From Azolla caroliniana (Eukaryota > Plantae > Polypodiophyta), in contig JBHGNT010000001.1 in the NCBI GenBank assembly GCA_043228905.1, positions 11,222,001 to 11,286,000 of the forward strand: a stretch of 64,000 bases of DNA, written 5' to 3'. Positions within the stretch are counted from its first letter, which is position 1. Every line of letters begins with the position of its first letter. The translations under genes and the position numbers were made by a program. The notes under the pieces are model-generated. The model saw only the letters and a list, made by a program, of their open reading frames with translations, had not been told where the DNA came from and searched no databases. Positions 27,004 through 39,160 of this stretch are shown piece by piece.

Positions 27004-27959
27004 ATGCCACTCGGGCGAATGCGTTGTGGTACAGATAAAAAACAAGCTTGCTTGATTTGCAGAGGGAAAGGCCCGGTGAAGTAACTTTCGACCCGGTGTT
27101 CGATAGTCCGACTGTAGTTATGTCAATTGTGGTGACATTCGTCAGTAGCTTGGTTTATCTCTATCTCATTTCATATATGTCTGAGGATTTGCATAACCCC
27201 TTATTCATGTGTTATTCACCTATGTCTACCTCTTTTACACTAATGTTGGTTATTGGAGATAACTTCATTTAATTACTTCCAGGACGGGAGGGAGCAGGTC
27301 CCGTTTTATATTTGTCGATTAATTTTCGGTTCACATGACTTTAAGCTAATAAAGCAGTTATCAAAGCTATGCTTGTCAATTGAGTAGGTGATTCCGGATC
27401 AACCCTCGGGATTATTGGTCGTTCCACTCCCTCTTAAGTAGTAGACTCTCCTACTACTTTCGCTTGTGCTAGTGTTTTCTCTTAACCCAATCACTATTTT
27501 CTTTTCGTAATACGGGATTTTATGCCACAAATGTTATTCGTATCTCACCCCTTGTTGGCGCTATTGGAAAATTTGCATAAATGGGATTGCATACTCGATT
27601 ACCTGACATAACGGAGGGTCTCACTCCAGTATCTGCTTTGATTTACGCAGTTATTACGGTAATAACAGGCGTATTTATGATAGCGAGGTGCTTCCCCTTA
27701 TTCGAGTATTTACTCAATGCTTTGATTGTTATTACGTTTCTGGGAGCTATGACGTTATTCTTCGCGGTAACTACTGGAATGTTGTAAAATGATTTAAAGA
27801 GGGTCGTAGCTTATCTAATTCGTAGTCAATCAGGCTATACAAGCTTTGCTCGCAGCATTATTGATTATTCAGTTAGCGTATTTTATTTAACAAATTATGC
27901 TTTTTTTAAAGTATCACCCCCTTCGAGCATAGGTTTAGTAATTCATGCCATGTCAGATG
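27004..27959 (+). pseudogene. nad5: NUMT: mitochondrial nad5 exon fragment (from 27098) preceded by a probable group II intron 3' end
   Basis: Translation matches Nad5: [45 protein letters not shown]; many codons unedited; stops and a frameshift. Confidence 0.93.
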
Positions 27960-28689
27960 GGTATATGGGGCACTCGACGGCTCAAGGATCCCCATATCGA
28001 CTTTCTCCTTGAGCAGCTCCATTAGCTTCGAAATGTGAGCTCTAGGCACCGGAATTGGCTTGAGACTCCACGACGCATGCGATATCGTGAAGATCACCAT
28101 CTACAATCGTCGGGTCGATGCACCCGATCTCCCTCAGTGAGAATGCAAAGGCTTTTCTGTGCCTTTCGAGCATCTTCTGAAACCATTCTTCCTCCGCCAG
28201 TAGTAGGAAGCCACCCCCATCAATTTTGAGCTTCCGCAACGTCTCCTCAGTGAATCGGTGCCCTATGCCGACCTGATCTCGCAAACATGGGTCAGTCGCA
28301 ACCCCCTTCATTCGCTCCCAACTGTGCTTCGGTAAGGGAGCTGCGACTGGCCTCACCTTGCGATCCACAGTCTTATACTTCGTGTCGACTCGGGTCATCT
28401 GATATGACCCGACCATCCTCCCGAAGTCCGTGATGAACTCATACATTTTGACGGAATTAACCAGAATTACCTGGTCTTCGCTCAGGTCTGCATCGACGAC
28501 CCTCTCGATCTCCCCAAGGGTGTCATCAAACTAGACCACCTCCACAGCGCCACTGATGTCGTGGTCCTTGTCCAAGGCTCCGCATGCCTTCAAGAGCCCT
28601 TCGAACTGCCTTTTCTCCCGACCACTGATGCCGGTTATGGTACAACCTCCATTAATGAAGGGCCAAAACTTCCTACCTATCATACAAGT

Positions 28690-28755
28690 GTGGGGTTTCT
28701 TTCGGACGTTCGAACTATCGTGGCCCCACGCCTCGATAGCCCTCTTCAAAAATCC
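28690..28755 (-). promoter_or_regulatory. Candidate -1 ribosomal frameshift signal, Gypsy K
   Basis: G GAT TTT TGA ends gag-PR; GGGCTATC...GATAGTTC stem 6 nt downstream; the -1 frame leads toward RT. Confidence 0.7.
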
Positions 28756-30634
28756 TCTCGATTGTCACCACCGAGGGAATCCCGGTTCCTCTCGTGGTTA
28801 GGACGAATCGTCAAAAATTGGACAGAGTGTTGGTCATCCTGGCTCTTCACCCCTGTGTATGCCGAACCGTTATCCAGTACTTTGGGCTCCATGCGAGCTT
28901 CCGTAATGTAAGGTTCGTCATGGATAGCCGGATGGGAGGATGTCTCCTGCATGAAGAAGTGTTGGTCTATCTCGTCATCCTCAACCATCACTCAGACATT
29001 CGGGCAGGCCCCGTGAAGCTCTATTGTGGCGCGAGTCGCCGCACGTATCTTCCATTTGTGCTTGGTATTGATTGGCCATCGACCCTTCTTGTAGAAATCC
29101 ATCAACATTAGATTGATCTCCGATCCATGGTTGATCAATTCCACAACAGCTCCGACTTCGACGAAACTCGCTTTCTTTTTACGAGGTCAACGATAGAATC
29201 GTGGAACTCCTTCTTGGCTATCCCCAACACCTCCCTCAGGGTGAGTTCCACCCGACTATCGAGGATTCATTCGTCCAAGTCCTTCCATAGGTCCGTCGCT
29301 CTCTCTATCTTTGAGCTCAGTTGGAAGCTCAGGATCTTAGCCTTCTCTTGTGAGCCGGCTTGGCCCCCATCATTTTTCCTCGGACCATTACGGGTCTTGT
29401 ACCAGTTGGAGGGACCGGCCACTTCGGCCTTTCTGGCCTGTTGGTCTTCAACCAGAACTTCATAGTTTTGGCATGCAGCTTCTACAAAGTTGGTTTTCTC
29501 CTCCACTAAATCGTTCCATCGGGTGACCTCTTGGACCCACCTCTCAACGTGGTCCGCTTCTCCCTTCCTTAGCCCTACTCCGGATAGGGCATGAAGACTA
29601 GCGGCTAGAATCCGGCGTTCGTCCCAAGGCCGGTGCCCTTCTCTCCGCCTACCCAAATTCCTGCCGACCGTTCCATTGGTACACTACGTTGCTTTTGAGC
29701 ACTTCGGCGAAGTCAACGCAATCTCTCTGGATGTGGCCGATCGCATTGTACCACATGCACCTCTGGTCTACCGACAAGCGCCGATCTCATGATTGGTCGT
29801 TGCCTTCCCTCCAAGCTTGGGCAATCTAGAGGTCTTGCGCCATCTTCGTTAGCTCCTCCAGAGTTGCGCCCTCGGATGGCCCCTTGACAACGTCGGCCAA
29901 GAATGCGTCCGACTTGAGCCACCTTCTTGTCTCTTCCATCCGTGTTGGAATCGGTTCCTTCGGCTTCTTCCCGGCACCTGGGCTGGTCGTCGACGACCCT
30001 ACATCGTTCCATTCGCAATATTTGTCAAAACGGCCACAAAGCCTTTTCACCACGGCCCAATCGGTCGTGAGCCCTTCATTTGTCTCCAATAGGAGAGATA
30101 CCTTTTCTCGGTCAAGTGGATCAACTGACTTGATAAACAATAGGACCTTGCTTGTGTCGAGCAAGGTCTAGTCCAACGCTGAGAGTTGCGCAAATCGTTT
30201 CTCAAACTCGTGGAGGAGTGCCGATGTGTTCCTACCTTTTCTGGGGCTCTTGACCCACTCCATCATTTCCCTCTTTGATAATCGGAGCGAGGCATCGAAA
30301 CCATATCTTTCAAGGAGCCACTCCTTGAACTCCGACCAACTTCGGCAGTCGACCTGCATCTCGACCACCTCTACGTGGATGCTCGACGTAACTACTCGGG
30401 GAAATGCGACCAACCGTCTATCATCCAAGACATCTCATCGGTATCTCAACCTTGAAGGCCTCCCAGTAATTCGTGGCGTCCTTCCCATTGAATCGGCTTA
30501 TCATACCGACTATTGTTTCTACAGACCTGTCGAGGCCATTGGCGCTCTTACGAGCATTAACCACGCGGTCGATAGCCACCACCATTGCTTCAGCGACTTC
30601 ATTTCCTCTCATCTCAAACTCCTTTGCCGCCCCT

Positions 30635-30652
30635 TTCACGTCGGGTTCACCA
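30635..30652 (-). promoter_or_regulatory. Gypsy K PBS, tRNA-Trp
   Basis: TGGTGAACCCGACGTGAA 4 nt from the LTR; complementary to the plant cytosolic tRNA-Trp 3' end as recalled. Confidence 0.85.
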
Positions 30653-30656
30653 AAGA

Positions 30657-31573
30657 TGTCGTGATTTTCCACGGGTATGCATTGAAACGGGCGGGACCAC
30701 CTGGGTCTCAAACCAAGGAGCCGATGAGAGAAGAAAGGTTGTCCGTATCGGTTTCCGGATAACTTCGCCGGATCGGTTTCCAAACGCGTGTCCGATCCAA
30801 ATCGATTCTCGAACGTCGTAGGATGAGTGCACGGGCTTAGAGATGTATACTATTCCAAACCAGTTGTTGGATAGTGGCGAGAGCTCATAGGCTCACGCTC
30901 TCGAAAATGCACGCTCAAACAGGAACAACATAGAGATAAGAGCACCGGGATGCCCAAACACACGGGGAGACACAACAAAATTAATGTTTAACAGAGAAAC
31001 AAAACGAGTACAACCGGATGCGGCCGACAAAGGAGCTTCGGGCTCTACACGCACACACACGGACACTGAACATTGGGCCTCTAGTTGGGGGCACACGGGC
31101 TTCCTAGCGAGCAGAGAACTCAACCTTCTTCCCGAAATCAACTCAGAGACGAAGGAAACGAAAGAGCTCAGAACTCAAATCGATAACATTTCGTTTTCCA
31201 AAACGGTGGATCCCTCTCTCAATCTTCTCTCTCTCCTTTTATGGCTTAAAGAGGGAGAGACCGTTACATCAAGCTAGTAAGGCAACTGCTTTTCAACCCC
31301 CGATTCTCTTCTCGATTTCCTCCATCGATCCCTTTTATTCCTCTACTCGTGCGGTCATAAAAGTTCCTATTGAATCACTCCTACCTAGTACTCATCAACA
31401 CGTAAACTAACACTATACTATTTACACATATTGGTACATCAAAAATGGTTTCGTGTGCATCCGTGCACACCCCGTTCACACGGTCACAAACCCGTCGTCT
31501 TCCTTGCATCCGAGATCTCCGTTAAACCCCTTCCAAGCCCTTTTTCTCTCGGTGGCCGGAATCCTTCACGACA
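30657..31573 (-). repeat. Gypsy K 5' LTR
   Basis: TGTCGTGA at both termini as an inverted repeat; next to the PBS. Confidence 0.88.
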
Positions 31574-32411
31574 ACATACAAGTACAAGATCCTATTTAAG
31601 GCTTTAAGGTCAACACTTCTAACTAGATTCTAATATGTAACTACTAAGTTACATGGTTGACTAAATAACTAAACCTAGTTGAGCTTGATGTCTCAACTAT
31701 ATATATATATACCAGGAACAAAAAGAGACGTTACTCTACAAGGCTGATAAAAAGATGTAGACACAAAAATAGCGAGATAGAGAAAAGAAAAACCGAGAGA
31801 AAAACAACACATAAGAAAACAAAGAGAGCAGCGCTGATAAACAAAACACATAAAAGAGAGAAAACAAATATGAGAAAGGAAGAAGAGGTGAGAGAGAGTG
31901 TGCAAACGTTGTGAAGCTTTTGTAGAACAAAGAAACAAGGTGTAAGACCTCAACTAAGGGGCGATCGAGAGCGAGAACTTGTTGTAGACGAGAAGACGGA
32001 GATCTAGCTCGTTGTTGTCCGAACTACCAAAGAGTCAACAACAACTTTTTTGTCTATCTATAATAGGCTCATTTGTTTTGTGGTTTTTGTTCTTGTTTCT
32101 TTGTTGCTCATTCCATCCGGTAGGGTGAATATTGTAACCAAGGCTATGGCCTTGAAAAATATGTGTATTCCTCTAGTGTAAGCTCTAGAGGCTGTCAACA
32201 CCTTGTATACTCAGAAAATAGTGAATCTGTTTCAGAACATAAGGTTCCCATGGTTTTTCCCATTTTTGGGTTTTCCATGTTAAAAATCTAGTGTACTTTC
32301 ATTTTGTCTGGTGGTTTCATTCGTTGTTAATTGTGTTGGAATCGAAATCATCCCAATTCAGATCCATATTCCTCGCAATAGCTATAACACTCGCAAATAT
32401 AGCATGCTTGG

Positions 32412-33010
32412 TGTTGTCCATCGGAATAGTAACCGACGGACAAGAGCGTAGGAATAAGAAATAATATAAGATCATAACGCATGTAACGGTTCACGCAGGA
32501 ATCAGAATAGTAACCGACAGACAAGAGCGTAGGAATAAGAAATAATATAAGATCATAACGCATGTAACGGTTCACGCAGGAATCGGAATAGTAACCGACA
32601 GACAAGAGCGTAGGAATAAGAAATAATATAAGATCATAACGCATGTAACGGTTCACGCAGGAAGCGTGAACAGCTAAATAGACCCTGCGTATATAAAGGG
32701 CAGAAAACCTCTGATAGAGGGAGCGTGTAATTTTGGAATGTAAAGGAACGTATCATAATAGAATTCTATCTTCTCTAAAAGTCTGTGTATAGCTATGGCT
32801 AATCTACTGTATGTCTGGAATACCAAAGCGTGTAAGAATGTAAGTGTAACCATTGCTAAGGAGTCGGTTGTAGCCGTCTCCCTTATACGTTGATAGGTTA
32901 CAGGGAACATTCCCCTACGCATTACGCATAGACACCTATTTGTTGTTCCACAACCACTTGGAGGTCTAGGTCGAAGGACTGACCGCAGACCGTGTTCCTA
33001 ATCGGTAACA
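32412..33010 (+). repeat. Gypsy G 5' LTR (599 bp)
   Basis: TG...CA; matches 62895-63331 plus two extra 81-bp units. Confidence 0.92.
32421..32663 (+). repeat. 3 x 81-bp tandem repeat in G 5' LTR
   Basis: Units start at 32421, 32502 and 32583. Confidence 0.95.
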
Positions 33011-33014
33011 CTTT

Positions 33015-33028
33015 TGGCACGCTTGGTG
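33015..33028 (+). promoter_or_regulatory. Gypsy G PBS, tRNA-Arg-like
   Basis: TGGCACGCTTGGTG 4 nt after the LTR; resembles the complement of tRNA-Arg ...GCGTGCCA. Confidence 0.7.
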
Positions 33029-33062
33029 ATCTGTCTTCTCACAGACGAGCAACGACAAATGG

Positions 33063-34360
33063 ATGTTTAGCCACAGACGCCCCAGAGAACCAACACGACA
33101 AGACCGGCCAATCACAAGGTTCGTCACACGCCAGGCAGAAGAATGCGCACGGCAAAAGCCTCGCCTCAACGACCTCAGTACTACCTACTGTGATTACAAA
33201 GGTGATTCTTCGCTCTCCAAATACCTCGACGAGACGCGGGGAGTACGCTCACCACAGCCACCCTGTGGTTTTTCCCGACCCGCCGTAACCCCCAGCATGG
33301 CCTTTGCCTACCCCCGCTTTAACGGCGAAACCGACGCCGCAACCCATATTCGCATGTTCCTTAATGTCTGGAATGCGAACCGCATGGCGCAGAGCCTTTC
33401 GGAGGCGGTAGCGCACCAGTCGAAAATGACGGAGTTCGGGTTAACATTCGATGGGCGAGCGGCGTTTTGGCATTCACAGATGGATTTACTAGCAATCACA
33501 ACCTTCGATCAACTGCAGTCCGCTTTCTTGCGGTTCTTCCATTGGAGGGTTCCACAACACGAAATCCTCGGACAGTTCTACACAATTAAGCAACTGCCGA
33601 CCGAGACGATCGCAGATTTCAGCTTACGTTTCCAAAATCTACGGTAGAAACTAGAATGGAGCCCCGCGGAGGACGAGGCTTGAGAAACATTTCTGGCAGC
33701 ATTACGCCGACCCATCCACGCAACGCTCAACAACACTAGCGTGAAAGGGGAAACGACGGATATGGTCATTGAACGAGCGTTACAGCTTGAGTTGGACGAG
33801 GAGGAGGAAAGGTTTTCTATGTCCTCCTTACGACAAGCGTTGCCCCAGGACGAGGAACGCCAGTTTCGTCAGGCAATCCAGTGCACGATTTGCTTGAACT
33901 CGGGGCATTCCGCAATGGAGTGCAATATGCGAATCCACCGCCCAATCTGCCACTCGAAGGCTCACATAGTCGAACAATGCGAATACAATATGTTGAACAG
34001 AGCCACTCCCGCAGTCCGCAGCATGGACACCCAGCGTTGACCACGCCTGACTGAACAAAGGAGGCAAGAAGACCGACCACGGTATGTAGATCGCAACCCA
34101 CAGGATGACAGGCACCACCGGAATCGTCGAAATCACGACTCCGAGGAAGACGAAACAGAGGATGAGGATTATTGTGGACATCTGAGTTATGCTAAAGGGG
34201 GCCGACGCTACGAGAATCACCGACCGACAAACAAACAGGGCGGCTTCAATGGTTATCGTGGTAAGCCGCGGCAATATCGAGATCATCGGCGTTATGACGA
34301 AAGCTCGGGAGATGAGCAACACCAGGAACAACGACGGGACCAACAACAACCACTGCGCGT
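33063..34360 (+). pseudogene. Gypsy G gag
   Basis: Gag-like PRFNGETDAATHIRMF; two zinc-knuckle-like motifs CTICLNSGHSAMEC and ICHSKAHIVEQC; internal stops. Confidence 0.8.
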
Positions 34361-35142
34361 TGTCGCGTTGTTACGCGCGTGCGTGTAGAAAGGCGGGACC
34401 ACGGGGGTCCTGGACTAGGGAGTGACGGAGCGCAGGAAGTCGTGCTTCACCCTTTTCGGGGCACCCCAGGAGCACACTAGAAGCAACCGAACGAGAGAGA
34501 GAAAGAGAGGGAGATAGAGAGGGAGCACGCGCTTGACACCGACTCACGCACACACACACACACACACAGGCCGACCCGACTCACGCCCTTATGTACAGGA
34601 AACGCAGGAAAGGGGAAGCACCCGACACCAACAGAGACACTAATATACACAGACAGACGCAAATATATATATATAAAGGGAAGAATACATTCCCGGCTTC
34701 GAGCCGGACCAAGGTAGGTTATAGTAGTCGTCGGCTGCCAAGCCGCAGGTCGGGAGCTCACGGGCTTGTCGCGCCGAGCGGGGTCTTGCGCAGGAGACGA
34801 GCTGAAGCCAACCCTAAGCGAACACGAAGGGGGAGAAGAAGAAGAAGAAGAAGAAGTAAGAAGTAACCCTAAATCTAGCGGTATACCCTCTAACGCAAAA
34901 TGAGCAACCCCTTTCTTAAAGGGCGCTCCCTTCCTTTTATAGAACAAGGAGAGGGATGCGTTACAATGTGGGATAAATCCCGACTTACATGGGATCATCT
35001 GTCCCGACTTGACTACTCTTTGGCGCCATAAAGGCGCCCTCGTTATTCACACTAAATGTACAAGGGTGAACACACATGCCGCACCCCACCGATTTAGCCA
35101 ATGTTTCCCGGTTTCCACCTCTGGCCGAAATTCTTCACGACA
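34361..35142 (-). mobile_element. Gypsy solo LTR (H/K lineage) without TSD
   Basis: TGTCGCG...TTCTTCACGACA; left end resembles 57656 onward; flanks GCGT and ACGG do not match. Confidence 0.82.
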
Positions 35143-35420
35143 ACGGTGGTTCGGGAACTAACACATCATTACGCTGTAGTCCATAAAAAGAGTACGCCAT
35201 ATTATCCACAGGCAAATGGGTTAGCGGAATCCAGCAACAAGACGTTGTAGACCATCTTGAAGAAAATCGTCAATGAAAATAGAACGGACTGGGATACCAA
35301 ATTACAGAGTGCGTTATGGGCGTACAGAACCAGCTACAAAAAAAGCATACAATCAACACCGTTTCGACTAGCATTTGGGCTGGAGGTTGTGATGCCAGTC
35401 GAATTTCAGGTACCCAGTTT
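35143..35420 (+). pseudogene. 278-bp duplicate of G integrase segment 59095-59372
   Basis: Collinear, about 11 substitutions by eye. Confidence 0.92.
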
Positions 35421-35523
35421 TCGCCTAGGGACGGTTTTCTTCACGACATCCGCCCCCACCTAACCGCGCATCCACCGGTATGCGCCAAAATTGGGCTCTT
35501 GCTGGAGAAAACCGGTCCATGCC

Positions 35524-38500
35524 CTACTCCTCGTCTTCTGGTTTGTCCTCCGCCTCGGACCGCCCGTCGTCGCCGTCCATGCTTTCCAAATCCGTCTCGC
35601 ACTCGTGTCGTTTCTTAAACGCTTTGACCCTCTTCCCCGGTACCGGTATTGCCATCCTCGTGTCGTCGAGCTCCGCAAGATGGTAGGTCCCGTTGTCGTT
35701 GGCGCCTGTCACCAGCTAAGGCCCGGACCACCTCCTTGAAAACTTCCGCGTTGCCCTGTGCTGGTTGTCGAGGCTGCTATCATACACTAGGACCCAGTCG
35801 CCTTCCTCGATTTTCTTCGGTCGCAGTCGGTGAGTCCGGTCAAACCGCCCTTTGTTCTTCAACCTTGCCAACCGAAGCTTCTCCGCGGCTTGTTCCACGT
35901 TCTCCGGCCTTCGCTCGAGCTGTCGAATCCGTGCCGCTAGCAGCTCCTCTCGGCTCATCTCATCTCTCCAGTCCACTATGGCCCATGAGGAGATGGTTCA
36001 CTCTATTGGCATGATCGGCCTCTGTCCGTACATAAGCTCTGCTGACATGAACCCGGTTACCGAACTGTGCGTAGTTCGGTCCGCCCACAAGGCATAAGGT
36101 AGTAGTCGCGGCTAGTTCCCAACTTGGCCTTCACACGCCCGTACTAGCGCTTTGACGATGGGCTCATGTCCGCGTTCCACCTTCCCGTTAGCCTCCGGAT
36201 TGTACGCTGTGGTGAGCAAGAGTTTGACCCCTAATCGGCCAAACAGTTCTTCAACCTCTTGCGCGTCCAACTCTCCGCGGTCAGCCACGATCTTTCCTAC
36301 GCTCACGTACCGACATATCACTTCTTCGATAAAAAACCGGCACATAGCCGCGGTCGTTTTGTTCTACAACGCTCGTCCTTCAACCTGGTTCGTCAGATCC
36401 TCTCGAGCCAGCACCAGATACCGCATCTGTCCTACCCCCATCGACATCGTCACCAAATTCACCATCCATTTGAAGTGGACGGTCGGAGGGTAGGTCAGGT
36501 GAAGCTCGTCCCGGTGTCGGACTATGGAGTGCATCTGACAGCTTTCGCAAGTCGTCACGAACCGATGCACGTCCCGATACAGTCCCGGCCACCAGTACTT
36601 CCCCTTAGCTTTTCGAACGTGGCCCACGTTCCGCGGTGTCCAGCCCAGGGACTCTCATGGTAGGCCTCCAACAACTCCTCCTATTCCTCTTTCTTCGCCA
36701 CCACTCGGAGCGGGATGCCATCCCTCTTCTTCGGGCACTTCCATATGTACCCGTCCCGAAGGAAGAATCGGTACGCTTTCTTCCGGATCCGGTTGGTATC
36801 CTCCTTTGTCCACACCGCGTCCAGTGTCATTGTTTTCAGGAGCCTGCCGATCTGGAGCCACTCCCCGTCATACTTGCTCTCGTCGAATTCGTTAAGTGCC
36901 GGAGTGCTCCCCTTTCCGGTCATCAGGTATGCCGCCTCGAAGAAATCTACGCCGACTTCCTCGTCCTTCGAAACCATGCCGTCCTCGTTTTCGAACCTCG
37001 CCCTTGAGAGCATGTCGGCCATGGCATTGTCTTTACCAGAAATGTGTCGTATCTCCGGATTCAGGGACTTGATGTACGCTATCCACCTGAGCATTGCCAG
37101 GTCCAGCGTCGCGCATCTGGAAACCATGCGGAGAATTGGCAAGCAATCCGTCTCGATTATTACCTCTGTCCCGATCAGGTAGTCTTTATCGGCCTTTACC
37201 GCCAAAACGATACCCCAGAGTTCACGTTTTACCTAGGCGTATCCTCGGCGTCGCTCATTGAGGACCTTCGCGCCGAACCGGATGGGGAACCTCTTGCCAA
37301 CGTCATCCTGTTGGTTGACCACCCATCCGATCCCGCTCGGACTTGTGTCTACGGTTACGTAAATCGGAGTGTCTTTGCCGTAGACAGCCTTTCGGAGCGT
37401 CGACGTCGTGGCAAGTGCTTCCTTCGTCTTTCGGACTGACTCCGTATGCTCGTCTCCCCAGTTGAATTTACGCCCTTTCTTCAACAACCCATACAGCGGC
37501 TCCGCGACGTGGGCGTAATGCGGGATCCAGATATGGTATAACGCGCATGCCCCCAAGAATCTCCGAACCTCCGTAACCAACCCGCAGTCGTCCTTCATCG
37601 GGGGGATGGCTTCTATCTTTGCCGAAGATGGTTTCCTACCGTAAGGCCCGCACAGGTGTCTGACCACCAAGATCTCTGACTGCCCGAACGCCGATTTTCC
37701 TCCGGAGAAGCTGAGTCGTGCGCCCTCGAGCCTCTGCAGCACCTTCTCGCAGTCGTTGATGTGGTTCACGATGAACCTCCGGCATCCGTCCGGCCCGACA
37801 GTCTCGTCCGCATCTTCCACCGGACACCCCTTTATCGGGATGTCGTCCAAGAATGGCATGGTGATGTCCGGGATGCAGTCCCTCAACACTTTGTTCATTG
37901 CGTTCACCATATGCGCCACCGCATTTGTCCCGCCTTGTGGTAGGGTACACATCCGTAATAGGCCGAGAGGGGTTCGCATCGTCGTGATATCCCTGCTCTC
38001 CACGGCTAGCTGGAACTGGTCGTACCCTGAGTATAAGTCACCGACCAAATAGATCGACCTCCCAATGAAGGCCTCCGTGAACTCATCTATGGCCGGTCCG
38101 ATTCCTGCATTACGGATGGTCACCCTATTGACCGGTTGCAGGTCCTGAATGAAGCTCAGCGTGTCGTTCTTCTTCGGCACCGTAAACCATCGATTCGAAT
38201 ACGGGGCACTCGACGATTCGAGGATGCCCATCTCCACCTTTTGCTTTAGAAGCTCCATCAACTTCGGAATGTGAGCTCTCAGCACTTGAATCGATTTGAG
38301 ATTCCACGGTACATGAGGTATCGTGAAGATCACCATCAGATTGACGATCGTCGGGTCTACGCACCCGATCTCCTCTGGCAAGAACGCGAAGGCTTTCCCA
38401 TGCCTTCCGAGCATTCTCCGAAACTTGTTCTCCTCCGCCGGTAGTAGAAAGCCACCCCCACCGACCTTGAGCTCCCGTAGCATTATCTCGGTGAACCGGT

Positions 38501-38818
38501 GCCCTATGCCAACCGGATTTCGTAAACTTGGGTCTGACATGACCCCTTTTATCCGCTCCTCGCTGCCTTCCGGCAAGGGTGTCGCAATCGGCCTTACCCT
38601 CCGGTCCACAGTCTTATACTTTGTACTCATGCGGGTCGTCCGATCTGACCCAATCCTTTTCCCGAAGTTCCCGATGACTTCGTACATTCCTATCGAACCT
38701 ACCGGAATGGTCTGGTCTTCTCTAAGGTCTTCACAAATCACCTTTCGCAACTCGCCCAAGGTGTCATCAAAAGAGACCGCCTCCACGGCACCGTTGATCT
38801 CTTCGTCGGGGGAGAGGA
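35524..38818 (-). pseudogene. Gypsy H RT-RNase H-integrase (continues from 55291-55490 across Copia I)
   Basis: DLYSGYDQF, LPQGGTN, PFLDDIP, TVDTSPSGIG, ADMLSR, YWWPGLY..CESCQ, NGKVERGH; no chromodomain. Confidence 0.9.
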
Positions 38819-38898
38819 TGTTGGGAGACAGGTCCCTCCGGATGGGAAGGGAGAAGAATAGAGCCGACGAACAATCTCGACCGAGGCCGAAACTGGAA

Positions 38899-39160
38899 GA
38901 GGAGTACTCGGATACGGAGAGCCGGATGGTGCAAACCCGGTGAGAACAGGATGAGGAGTACCCGGCTACGGAGAGCCGGATGGTGCAGACCCGGTGAGAA
39001 CCGGATGAGGAGTACCCGGCTACGGAGAGCCGGATGGTGCAGGCCCGGTGAGAACCGGATGAGGAGTACCCGGCTACGGAGAGCCGAATGGTGCAGGCTC
39101 GGTGAGAACTGGATGAGGAGTACCCGGCTACGGAGAGCCGGATGGTGCAGACCCGGTGAG
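38899..39160 (+). repeat. About 5 x 54-bp tandem repeat in Copia I 5' LTR
   Basis: Units at 38899, 38953, 39007, 39061, 39115; four units in the 3' LTR at about 49126-49333. Confidence 0.93.

Larger units (their letters stand above)
27960..31573 (-). mobile_element. Gypsy K: 3'-truncated element (5' LTR, gag, protease, start of RT)
   Basis: LTR 30657-31573; Trp PBS; gag homologous to H; RT N-terminus YKTVDRKVRP...EPSSAPY ends at the NUMT. Confidence 0.88.
23944..32389 (+). mobile_element. Copia D (Tnt1/Tork-like), 3' half; 3' LTR interrupted by a composite block
   Basis: INT-RT-RH fragments to about 26320; PPT GGAGGGGGAGAA then TGTTG at 26338; LTR-like sequence resumes near 31574 with a TATA run and the TGGTTTTTCCC...GGGTTTTCCA motif shared with I/J LTRs; right end at 32389 is uncertain. 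Confidence 0.7.

Noticed and set aside
27098-27959. Functional nad5 gene or true mitochondrial contig
   Set aside because: Partial, frameshifted, carries G-to-A decay and is embedded in nuclear retrotransposons.
32348-32656. Repeat-peptide ORF NRYMRYDLILFLIPTLLSVGYY
   Set aside because: Antisense translation of the 81-bp LTR repeat.
32421-32663. CRISPR-like periodicity (also 38899-39160 and 63569-63711)
   Set aside because: Whole units repeat with no unique spacers, no cas genes, and the context is eukaryotic.
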